A stretch of DNA of 64,000 nucleotides from Eledone cirrhosa (taxonomy: Eukaryota). Each line of letters starts with the position of its first letter. The first letter of the stretch is position 1. The DNA lies in assembly GCA_964016885.1 (NCBI GenBank), contig OZ024741.1:74462001-74526000 (forward strand), in the 5' to 3' direction. The position numbers and the translations under genes are program-made. The notes beneath the pieces are model-generated. The model ran no database searches. It was not told where the DNA came from and worked only from the letters and a program-made list of their open reading frames with translations. Of the stretch, positions 26,082-37,270 are shown piece after piece.

Positions 26082-26710
26082 ATACAATATATAGAGGGGA
26101 AAAACACAGAGGAGTGTGTTTCCCTTTACAGGAATTTCAAACCACCAGCATGAAGAGAATATAAGCTAATAGAAGTATAGGAAAAACATTAAAATTAAAA
26201 GTATAAATTAAAATGAGAAACCAACCTCAACCTAGATCACACATGTACAAACTCACCAGGAGATTGTTTCGCCATTTAAGTGGGTTCCAATTCAGCCTGT
26301 GGGTCATCAGCATGTGGAGAGACCGATATTGTCCGCCCTACTAGAGAGAGAGAACTATAGTAAACCACCTGTAGCACTGTAGCATGTGTATATATAAGGG
26401 AAATACGTGCGCGAACCCACTTAAATGGTGAAACAATCTCCTGGTGAGTTTGTACATGTGTGATCTAGGTATGAGGTTGGTTTCTCATTTTAATTTATAC
26501 TTTTAATTTTAATGTTTTTCCTATACTTCTATTAGCTTATATTCTCTTCACGCTGGTGGTTTGAAATTCCTGTAATGGAAAACACACTCTTCTGTGTTTT
26601 TCCCCTCTATATATTGTATTTTAAAGTGCCCAGGAAAACTCTTTCCTTTGAGCTCATTTAATTACGGGATTATACGCGAGTCCTTTGCTCAGTTATTTTA
26701 CTTGATATAG
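26082..26710. mobile_element. Non-coding fold-back insert (about 206-bp arms), PLE pseudo-LTR-like
   Basis: Inverted arms 26082-26287/26413-26619; hammerhead overlapping the left arm; inserted in (TA)n. Confidence 0.7.
26240..26316 (-). ncRNA. Type I hammerhead ribozyme with extended stem III
   Basis: CACATG-CTGATGA-ccca..tggc-GAAA-CAATCTC ctggt GAGTTTG-TA-CATGTG; 6-bp stem I; first stem II pair is a C-C mismatch. Confidence 0.72.
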
Positions 26711-26722
26711 ATGTATATATAT

Positions 26723-27668
26723 CTCCGTTCGATCACCAATACCATGAGCTTGCCATTCACGTAAGTCTGATATTTGATTTCGGATTCAAAGAAACACTTT
26801 AAACGATTGTTCGTTTGATTTGTCCAGATGTACTTTTCTCAACCTGATTAGTTCTATCGTTACTTTGGTATGTATTGTGTGTTAGTTTCGCCTACCACAA
26901 TGTTCGATTTGTCAAGCTATTTAAACGTATGTCATTATTCTCAGGTCCTATCTTATCGAGTGCTTTGCTAACTCATCATTTCATATAAGTAGGCCGAATT
27001 TACTTGCAAACCGCCAGAGATTCGATTTTACTGATTTCCAATTATATTCTTCTCCTAGATTTAATAATTAACTAATTAATTTAATTAGACAATTCTGTTG
27101 ATTGGTTAATTATTTGTGTTTGTTTTATAACATCTAGTCGAGAGCTTATCATGATGATTAGTGGAACTTAAAATATTTCCTTTCGCTAGCATTTTGAATG
27201 ACCCGCCTAAAACCGGGGGTTATTTCCCTTGCCCGAATTAACACGTGATAACTATAGATGCGATTAGCAGCCATACCGAGCTGCAACATATAATTTATCA
27301 CTCCGGTCCTAGGCAGAACGAAAACCTGTTGATGAACTGAATCCTCCGTTCGATCACCAATACCATGAGCTTGCCATTCATGTAAGTCTGATATTTGATT
27401 TCGGATTCAAAGAAACACTTTAAACGATTGTTCGTTTGATTTGTCCAGGTGTACTTTTCTCAACCTGATTAGTTCTATCGTTACTTTGGTATGTATTGTG
27501 TGTTAGTTTCGCCTACCACAATGTTCGATTTGTCAAGCTATTTAAACGTATGTTATTACTCTGAGGTCCTATCTTATCGAGTGCTTTGCTAATTCATCAT
27601 TTCATATAAGTAGGCCGAATTTACTTGCAAACCGCCAGAGATTCGATTTTACTGATTTCCAATTATAT
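26723..27668. repeat. 325-bp direct repeats around an approximately 296-bp spacer
   Basis: 26723-27047 and 27344-27668 are nearly identical (period 621 bp); both outer ends abut (TA)n. Confidence 0.9.
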
Positions 27669-28236
27669 ATATATATATATATATATCGTTTCTGAATTTG
27701 TTTAGCAAGATTCTTTATCTGAAAACGTGTGTTGAAACCGATATTGTTATGCTTTGGGAGGGTCATGTTGTCAATAAGAAACACATGCACCAGTTGCTTT
27801 CGCTTCAATTTATTATAATAAATTTATAAATTTCCGGTTGGTTGGTTGGTTCCATTCCCATTATGCCAAACCCATGACTTCCAAATACCTGATCCACCGA
27901 AACTCAGCTGTTTCGGACCATACCAAAATCAACATACTGATTGCGGATTTGGTACGGGTGATGAGAAACGTGTCCCGCATGTGCAACCCCAAAGAACTAG
28001 AGAGACATACAACACTTCATCCACCGTATGCAGTTCTCTGGTTACAATCAGAGAGATAAAATCAGAGTATATAGAGGAGCCAGAACCAAATGGGGGAAAA
28101 TGGTAAATAATTGTTTCTACTATTGGCACAAGGCCAGAAAATTACCCAGTACATTACTGGTACTTTATTTTATCGACCCCGTAAGGATGAAAGGCAAAGT
28201 TAACCTCGGCGGGATTATGGTAAATAATGGGAAAAA

Positions 28237-28899
28237 ATGGTAAATAATGACACAAATGGGACCTGCCCCTTGTATAGGAGCAAATTTTGGAATAGAATAG
28301 AAAGAACTAGGAATAAGGTTAATAGAATTAACTCATGGTATGATAGCAATAAATACCAGAGTGTAATGTTCATCGATACAACCCCTAGAGGTGAATTAGC
28401 TTACAAATTTAGAAGGGCCCTAGATAAACATAAACTCAATATTAAGATAGTAGAAAGACAAGGTACCTCCATAAAAACACTTATTAGCAATACCTACCCT
28501 TTTCAAAGACCTCCCTGTATAGATAAGAAATGTATAATCTGTAAATTAAGCCCCCATATTAACTGTAAAACTAGAAATGTAGTATATAGCATAAGATGTA
28601 CTGAAGGACAATGTAGAGATAAGAATATAGTGTACATAGGTGAGACAGCTCGTAGTATAGGGGAACGGATAAATGAACACTGGTGAGACCTTCAAGATAG
28701 TAAAGAATCATCTGTACTCTACCAACATGCTAAAATAGAACATAAGGGTAAATTAGAGAACATAGAAATAAAAATAGAATCTACACACAGAAAAGACGCA
28801 ATGTTTAGACAAATCACAGAGGCAATAAACATAAATGAACTCCAACCAAAACTAAATAGAAAACATGAATGGAACAGCAACATCACAACTTACAATTAA
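28237..28899 (+). pseudogene. PLE linker plus GIY-YIG endonuclease with one in-frame TGA
   Basis: CxxxxCxxC..CKTRNVVYSIRC..YIGETARSIGERINEHW*DLQ..LYQH..RQITEAINI..LNRKHEW; TGA at 28684-28686. Confidence 0.88.
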
Positions 28900-29086
28900 G
28901 GACAAAATGAAAACACACACGCACATAGAACAAACAACCAACCAGTAACATGTAAATAAACAAATATAAACACACACAGACACCCGGATGTAACACATGC
29001 GCAAACTAAGCACACAACACACACAAAAACAAGATGGCATAGGACAGAACAAAGGAGAGGCACAAAAACAAAGAAAAGAATCCCCA

Positions 29087-29129
29087 GTCACTGAATAGGT
29101 CACAGAATGCGTGACGAAAGAACTTTGAC
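29087..29129 (+). ncRNA. Degenerate hammerhead in the PLE-1 3' UTR
   Basis: GTCA-CTGAATAG-GTCAC agaatgc GTGAC-GAAA-GAAC-TT-TGAC; stems intact, core deviates from CTGANGA. Confidence 0.55.
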
Positions 29130-29285
29130 AATATATAAACAATCATCTGGTTGTGGAACCAACCAACCAACCGGAAATTTATAAATTTATTAAAATAAAT
29201 TGAAGTGAAAACAACTGGTGCGTGTGTTTCTTATTGGCAACATGACCCTCCCAAAGCATAACAATATATATATATATATATATAA

Positions 29286-29770
29286 TATAATAAAATAACA
29301 GGAGGCTGGACTTGTGTAAATCCTTGAAAGGTTTATTATACTATGATCATTTCAATGACCGGGTTCCGTATGAATCCGGTGATATCATCAGGTATTCAAA
29401 ATATAATAAATGAATGAAATAGATAAAATCCATGTGGCTGAAAATCATAGACCCGAGGACGACCGATTTTCAGCCCGATGGATTTTATCTATTACATTCA
29501 TTTATCATATTTCGAAAACCAGATGATATCACCGGATTCATACGGAACCCGGTCATTGAAATGATCATAGTATAATAAACCTTTCAAGGATTTACACAAG
29601 TCCAGCCTCCTGTTATTTTATTATAATATTTAACTCCGTACTAGCACCACCAACTACAAAAACGAAGACGGTTGAACTGCTTTACGTTGAGTACTCTCCA
29701 TATTATTACATTAAGATTGACCATACGGAATTGACCAGCTCTATCCAGTGGTGAAACTTCAAACCTGAAT
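29286..29770. mobile_element. Non-coding fold-back insert (161-bp arms), PLE pseudo-LTR-like
   Basis: Arms 29286-29446/29465-29625 with an 18-nt loop, a hammerhead motif in each arm and an unrepeated tail to about 29770. Confidence 0.75.
29338..29395 (-). ncRNA. Type I minimal hammerhead ribozyme
   Basis: ATAC-CTGATGA-tatcaccgg..ccggtcatt-GAAA-TGATCA-TA-GTAT followed by AATAAA. The mirror copy on plus (29516-29573) has a CAGATGA core. Confidence 0.8.
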
Positions 29771-29830
29771 ATATATATACATATCAAAATAAAGATCCGA
29801 AGGCATGGTATAAATTTCCAATCATTTTAA

Positions 29831-29904
29831 TCATGACACATGTTACAATAAGAGATAGATCGATCGTGTAGCCATGATCGATTATCACTGATCTCGTCAG
29901 GTGA
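29831..29904 (-). ncRNA. Degenerate hammerhead in the PLE-2 pseudo-LTR
   Basis: TCAC-CTGACGA-long stem II-GTAA(for GAAA)-CATGTG-TC-ATGA. The plus copy (33291-33355) has perfect stem I (GTGA) but a 9-nt deletion across the GTAA/stem III region. Confidence 0.6.
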
Positions 29905-30323
29905 AAATGAATTGTCTTCAAATCCTTGATATGAGGGAGAAAATTAACGATGTTCACTCACAGAGTTTAGTCCCTCATATGAAAATCAAGCAGTCAAAAC
30001 ACGGCGACTGCTATCGTCCTCGGTTAGGGTCATAAAACTATCAAGTCTCTATCTCCCAATAGCTGTAAAAGACGCTGGACATCAATCAAATCTGTAGAAT
30101 TACAGTTGGTCACAGTTAATGTGAGTGGGTACACACACACTCACACACCGACGCGAGGTCAAAGAAAAAAAAAATATATACATATACCAACATAGCATCA
30201 AATCTGTAGAACTATAGATGGTCACAGTTAGTGTGAGTGAGTACACACACACTCATACACACCGATGCGAGGTCAAAGAAAAAATACATATAAATATACC
30301 AACACAGTATTCACCGAAAGTTA

Positions 30324-31898
30324 GTGTTTGAAGAAAACCTGAAGATAGTTAATTTTCTAGATGTTACACTTAACCTCAATTCAGGACTCTTCCAACCCTA
30401 CCACAAACCCAACGAGAATTTAAATTATGTCAACGCAAAATTGAACCACCCTAGAATAGTCACTAACGGTATTACCAAAAGCATCTCTAGTAGAATTTCA
30501 GTACTATCTTCCAATGAAGATACCTTTGATAGGATCTCGAATTACTATAATAGCGCCCTGGAATGCACGGGCATAGCGAGGGAATCTCATTCAAACATCC
30601 ATTAAATAGTAGTAGCAACATTTCCTGTGATAGCTTAGGCCAAAATAGTGACACTTTAGTTAACAGCAGGCGGGATGCGAGGGAGGATCAATATAGACTT
30701 CATGCTGTATTACCTTCTAGTCCCAATGTTGATGGTACCAATGGAAACAATCACCCAGGTACAAACACGGGGTCTGAGCACCGTAATGCCAGCGGAAACT
30801 CTAATTGTAACCTTAATTGTAGAACTGATGAAATAACCATTGAACGTAAAATGGAACGAGGGTTGGGTAGAGGGAATAGGGATAAATGTAGCAGGCGCAT
30901 AGTGAATATAACCCCGGCTATTGAGGGTAATCCCGGAGACATGGGACGATTGCGAACACAATCGAGACACCCCAGGACACCATCGACCCACAGGCAGTTT
31001 TCAGTTATAATAGATCAGTAGCTACTAAGGAGACAGGTAACTCTAGTATAGATAGTAAGAACAAGAGGCATCGGACCAGAAAAATCCTGTGGTATAGTAT
31101 AACCCCCCTTACTCCACTGACCTGACCACTAGTATAGCTAAGCTTTTCTTTAGGGCCTTAGACAAATGCTTCGCTAGATCACACAGATACTATAAAATAT
31201 TCAATAGGAATACCATCAAGCTGTCCTACTCCACAACCAGTAACATAGCTCAGAATATAGCTAAGATGAATTATAGAAGACTTAGGACAGCCCAAGGGGG
31301 GATGAGACATGGCAGAACTAATGGCAGCACTATGGATGAACGGATTCATACACGTGAAGCGAGTCGGTTCACCCCAACTCCTGGGAACTTACCCATAGAG
31401 CAGACAAGAACTGAGACCCGACCCCATAGGTACTGTGGTTCCTCTGGAACTACCCAGGTCGATAACAGAAAATGTAATTGCAGGAACACCGGCACTTGCC
31501 CCATGGCTGGGAAATGCCTCACCAAAAACATAGTCTACGACTGTAAGGTCTCCACTTTAGATAGAACCTTCAGGTATGTTGGGGCAACTGCCACTGAATA
31601 AAAGGATAGACGGTATAATCACCGCTGTACCTTTAATAGATTAGATAAAAAAAATAGCACGGCGCTCTCTGAATTAGTCTGGAAGCTTAAACAACAGAAT
31701 ATAGAGCACTCCTTATCCTGGTCCATAATTTGCTCAGCCCAGCCATATAATGTCAGCACTGGCGTCTGTAATTTATGTATAGCTGAAACCTTTAATATTA
31801 TTAGAGGCGGCCCCCTATTAATTAATAGGAGAGCGGATTTTTTCAGCAACTGCCAACACAGAACCTTGAAAACCTTCCGTGGGATTTTTAGAAAGTAA
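30324..31898 (+). pseudogene. PLE RT C-terminus, linker and GIY-YIG endonuclease (frameshift and stops)
   Basis: VNFLDVTLNL..PYHKPN..NHP; RKILW..PPYS..KIFNRNTIKLSYS; CNCR..CPMAGKCLTKNIVY..YVGAT..R.YNH..CNLCIAE..CQH. Confidence 0.9.
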
Positions 31899-33707
31899 CC
31901 TACCGCTAACTCCTCCCTCTCTACCTTAGAGTTCTCTCAATTAGCAAAAAACAGACAATCACACACTCAGGTATTTAGACAGCTAAGATCGTTTGCGCAC
32001 TTACAAATGGTACTCGCCCTGTTTCCACAGAGTTCTCACAGCTGAGTGCACATTAGAATACCTAATTAGTAAATAGTCAGAATGATTACACACTCAGGTA
32101 AGACCGATTACGCGTATTCACCATTATTTTAGGATACCCTAACCGTTGAGTTCTCTCGGTTAGGATATAGCTAGACGTATTACACACTCAGATAAGACCG
32201 ATTACGCTCTCTATACATAACTCTACACACAGCACCCGGTTTCTTTAGACACTGAGTTCCCACAGTTATTACTGGTCACGTTTCTATCGATTGAACACTA
32301 CATGAGGTTTTGATCCGTGATTATCTAACCATGGAGTGCTCATGGTTACAGATTGGACAATAATACTTACACACCATTAATGGGCCTACACACATCCTCT
32401 GGGTTTTGCTATTCTTTGTTATTTTATTTTACCTTTTGTGTTGGATAACACACCTCCACCACTCAAACACCTATCTTAAAAGCCCAAGCGCCCATTTGAC
32501 GGGAAATCGCACATACTGACACCTTAACCCAAATACACAACCCTACATAGCGGTTACTTGCACGCACAGATTTGGGGTCTCAGATTCTCAATGGGACAAC
32601 GGCACATACTGAGTTCGATATGAGATGACTACTTGCTCTTCACATGGATGTGTATATACCTAAATATACACTTTTTTGGACGATACGGATGTGTATATAC
32701 CATAACATACACTATTTGGAGATACGGATGTTACAATTCAATCTATACACGTATAGCAGAACACTGAACTGAACTTACTTGCGTGTGTATAGGGTTGCGG
32801 TTGACCCAATTCTTCCAATTTACATCGTCAAATTGAGGTTTGACCAATATAACATTATTTGTTTTGTAAACTAACTTTCGGTGAATACTGTGTTGGTATA
32901 TTTATATATATTTTTTCTTTGACCTCGCGTCGGTGTGTGTGAGTGTGTGTGTACTCACTCACACTAACTGTGACCGTCTATAGTTCTACAGATTTGATGC
33001 TATGTTGGTATATGTATATATATATTTTTTCTTTGACCTCGCGTCGGTGTGTGAGTGTGTGTGTACCCACTCACATTAACTGTGACCAACTGTAATTCTA
33101 CAGATTTGATTGATGTCCAGCGTCTTTTACAGCTATTGGGAGATAGAGACTTGATAGTTTTATGACCCTAACCGAGGACGATAGAAGTCGCTGTGTTTTG
33201 ACTGCTTGATCTTCATATGAGGGACTAAACTCTGTGAATGAACATCGTTAATTTTCTCCCTCATATCAAGGATTTGAAGACAATTCATTTTCACCTGACG
33301 AGATCAGTGATAATCGATCATGGCTACACAATCGATCTATCTCTTATTGTCGTGATTAAAATGATTGGAAATTTATACCATGCCTTCGGATCTTTATTTT
33401 GATACAAATACTCCGTTTTACATCATCTAGCTGTTCCCATAAATGAAATTGGAGATATACAAAAGTGTGGAGAACTTAATATTGATAACAAAAATTTATT
33501 GGACCGTTTGACACAACCAATAATACACCTTACTATATATACATATATATATATATACATGTATATATACATATATAATTATATACACACAAACACATAT
33601 ACAGAGATAGAGGGAGAGAAAAGAAGAAAGACAGAGGGGGAAAAGTGGGTGAAAAAGATTCAATAGTATATATCACCATCATCATCATTTAACGTCCACT
33701 TCCCACA

Positions 33708-33743
<36 letters not shown>

Positions 33744-34477
33744 ATATATAATATATATATATACATTAGTATTCAGTATGTATTACAGTGGCTACCATAT
33801 TAAGATTGTCTTCCTCTAGGTAATGAAACCATTATGTAAAGAAATAAAAACTATGAAAAATAACCACTCACAACACTCAGAACAGAACTGGAAGTCAGAA
33901 CCACCAAAATTATTAAATAAATGAAATATATATAAAAAATAAATAAAATATACAAAAAATAGATAAGATATTCTAAAGAATGGGAAATTGTTTTTGTTGT
34001 TGTCATAAAAACATTTTGCAGACATTATCTTTTCTACACACGACTTTCAATAATGCTGTTTTTTAGTATTATTTTGATATTTTTATTACTGAAGTTTATG
34101 TATCTAAAATGGATTTTTCTGCCCAGAAAAAAGTTGAATAATAAGTTAACTAGATAATTTAAACTATGGTATAGGTCTTGTATGAGGTACAGACAATATA
34201 GAGACATTGTACAAGACAATGTAACTAGTAGAATTATTTGTTTTTTCCTTGAAATGTAAATATGAACAATCAGGGAGTTATTGAGATGAAATTCTTAAGT
34301 TGAAACATGTTAACAGCGATTTATTATTCACATGATAGTTTATGTCAAAATGGAATTTTATATATATACATATATATAAATATATATATACATGTGTGTG
34401 TAAACATATAATATAGGTGGTGGAATTTGAAAAATGAATAGAATTGGGAACATCGCCTTATTTTTTTTACTACAGAA

Positions 34478-34670
34478 AATAATTGTTTCTACTTTTGACA
34501 CAAGGCCAGAAATTACCCAGTACATTACTGGTACTTTATTTTATCGACCCCGTAAGGATGAAAGGCAAAGTTAACCTCAACGGGATTTGAACTCAGACCG
34601 TAAAGGGATGTAACTAAACTGGAAAGCATGGCGTCTGACCCTCTACCGATGCTGCCAATCCACCGCCCTA
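34478..34670 (-). mobile_element. Second SINE family (tRNA-like head, GCCTTTCATCCTTACGGGGTCGATAAAAT body)
   Basis: B box GAGTTCAAATC, tail AAAAGTAGAAACAATTAT. Copies or fragments at 13531-13712, 15119-15235, 28108-28217, 35933-36022, 54864-54986; older ones near 13870, 14940, 41830, 48830, 61380. Confidence 0.8.
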
Positions 34671-34872
34671 ATAATAACAGTATATAAGCTTCCAGAACAG
34701 AATAAAATGGGCATTCGCTAGCATACTTATTGTGAAAAGAAGAGGTGTGGGTTTGATTCCCATGCATGCTGATGCCTATTGTTTTTCATCTTAGAGGCTT
34801 GTACACCTTGTTATTATTAGACAATTTTCTGTAGTAAATAAAAATATGCCAAGATTACTAATTCAATTCAAT

Positions 34873-34909
<37 letters not shown>

Positions 34910-34912
<3 letters not shown>

Positions 34913-35385
34913 AAGACAATATCACTGAATCGAGATCTTTGGTGCCATGCAGTAATACAGAAGACCTGCCTTCCCTACGTAGAAAGTTAACCTACAGTCA
35001 GTAGGCACCTCCTAACCAGATATACACCTCAACCCACTACCCCTACTCCATCCTACCACTCCCACCAACACCACCACCCTTTCTCTATTAAGTTATGTTG
35101 GTACCACAATATCCAGTCCAAACTAAAGAGGTCTTGTAGGTGTCATGACAAAAAAACACACAGTCCACGCTGTAATGTGGCCGTGTAGGAAACACTGTAA
35201 AAAGGTTTCCTATCCACACTGTAAATTTGGTTGGTGTTAGGAAGGGCATCCAGCCGTAGAAAACCTGCCAGATGCAGTTCTACACGAGCGAGACACGGTC
35301 ACCCGATCAATCTTGCCTCAAGTGGGATTATTCCCATCTAACTCATGTTAGCGTAGAAGATGGATGTTAAACAATGATGATGATA
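34910..35385 (+). mobile_element. Older RTE 3' end (type C-like)
   Basis: Diverged match to 46630-47088. Confidence 0.8.
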
Positions 35386-35812
35386 TATATGTGTGTGTGT
35401 TATGCATTTCTGTAGAAAAGGTAAAGAAAGAAGTGTGCTTTATGTATAGTACAGAGCTATTTAATTACATAATAAACAACATAATATAATTATCCGTAAT
35501 TATATTGTGTTGTTTATTATGTAAATAAATAAATATATATATATATAAATCATCATCATCATCATCGTTTAACGTCCATCTTCCACACTTGCATGGGTTT
35601 ATATATATAGGTTGCCAAAAATTCTGTTTGAAAAAATGGAGATGCGAAGAAACTTGACAGAAAAAGCATAACATTATCTTTGCTCATCAGCCATCAAACT
35701 GGAATGGATACTGTGTGACTTCAAATATGAGTATGTGTGTATGAGGCAGTGACCCAGCATGACTACATTCTAATGATTGAAACCATATAAGAATAAATAT
35801 ATTTATATAGGC

Positions 35813-36300
35813 CTGTGATTCTCAAGCTGTGTACCTGGTAAACTGGTGCACTTTATGATATAATTAGGTGTGCTATGAAAGAGCAACATTCTATTTCAAA
35901 ATGTGAAAAATACGAAATTGATAGTCATATATTTGCCTTTCATCCTTACGGGGTCGATAAAATAAAGTACCAGTAATACACTGGGATAATTGCTGGCCTT
36001 GTGCCAAAAGTAGAAACAATTATTTATGAATTTCAAAGTGAGAAACAACTGAAGTAAGAATGAAAATATTGCCCCACCCACAATAAAAAAAAAAAGATAA
36101 GCATGTTTCTCATTGAAAACTTTGTTCCATTGATGGAATAAAGATGGGAGTACAAAAAATCTTTCTGTATTTTAATTATCTATATTATGGTATGCTTAGT
36201 ATGTATACATACCTCTTTTGAAAATTTTCAAATTTAGGTACAAAGTGCTCCAAGTATTTTTAAGTGCACTGTGAGTAAAAGAAACATTTGGGAGCAACTG
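35813..36300. mobile_element. hAT/Charlie-like non-autonomous transposon
   Basis: Ends CTGTGATTCTCAAGC / TTTGGGAGCAACTG; candidate 8-bp TSD ATATAGGC/ATATAGAA; SINE fragment nested at 35933-36022. Confidence 0.55.
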
Positions 36301-37239
36301 ATATAGAAGATATAGCTGTGTAGTAGAGGTGCAGGCAGTGTTGTTTAGTTAAGGAGTTCACTTTGCAACCATGCAGTTTCTGGTTCAGTTCCACTGCATG
36401 ACACCTTCGGCAAGTGACTTCTAATACAGCCTAGGGTTAATCAATGTTTTGATTGAAATTTGATAGATGGAAAGTGTGCAGAAGCCTGGCAAACACATAT
36501 ATATGGACTACCTTTTACTTTCTGTAACTATCCTTTGTGATCCTGTTTCTATTTTTATACTACTGAAGAAGGGCTAAAGTCTGACATGTCAAACTTTCTT
36601 TCCCCTTTTAAACTAATAAGACTTTTTGTACCTGTCTGTCGTTTCCTTGAACTATATATATATATAAAACTTAGATTTTGGCCAGTATAAGCCCAGGCCA
36701 TGTCTAACTTAATAGCACCACTTGATATATATATATATATAATAAAGTGTTGTAGTTTGCTTGAAGCATCGTGGAATATGACAAATGAAAAGTGGATATA
36801 TTTGGGAAGCAGGTTAATTTGAAATACCAAGGCAACAAACTCAGAAGGGAATTGAGAGATTGAGGTAGAATGCAGAGAGTGGGAGGAGAAAAATAAAAGG
36901 ACGAGAATAACTGACTGTTACCATAGTAATTTATCAGTGTAAATAATTTAGATTTACCATCCATTATCAAGGGGAGCTATAGAGGAAAACCTTGAAGAAA
37001 TAGGAGATTGTCTTTTCTGGTCACTTTATATTTATTCATTTAAAAAAAAATCTGCTGTTGTGCCAGGATTTAAACATGCATGCACACAAATGTATGCAAG
37101 GGGCTGGTTTGTTGCCTATGTACAGATGTAAGTGCACATATAAGGATGTATGTGTGTGTAAGCATGTATATGATGTGTGTATGTATGTAAATGTATTCAT
37201 AGGTGTGTATATATGTAAAAGTGAGTGTAAATATGCAAG

Positions 37240-37268
<29 letters not shown>

Positions 37269-37270
<2 letters not shown>

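Larger units (their letters stand above)
27687..29267 (+). mobile_element. 5'-truncated Penelope-like element (PLE-1) with inverted pseudo-LTR
   Basis: RT-thumb remnant HYAKPMTSKYLIHRNSA..DLVRVMRNVS..RMQFSGY (27860-28100) and GIY-YIG domain; 114-bp inverted repeat 27741-27854/29154-29267; interrupted by a SINE at 28108-28217. Confidence 0.88.
29782..33535 (+). mobile_element. 5'-truncated Penelope-like element (PLE-2) with about 540-bp inverted pseudo-LTR
   Basis: Inverted repeat 29782-30325/32870-33404; coding remnant 30324-31898; long 3' UTR; unrepeated tail to about 33535; (TA)n flanks. Confidence 0.92.

Noticed and set aside
28684-28686. In-frame TGA in the GIY-YIG domain as selenocysteine
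   Set aside because: Not at a Cys-type position, the element has a frameshift and a SINE insertion, and no SECIS was seen.
31920-32270. Spaced repeats resembling a CRISPR array
   Set aside because: Degenerate tandem units in a eukaryotic retroelement UTR with no cas genes.
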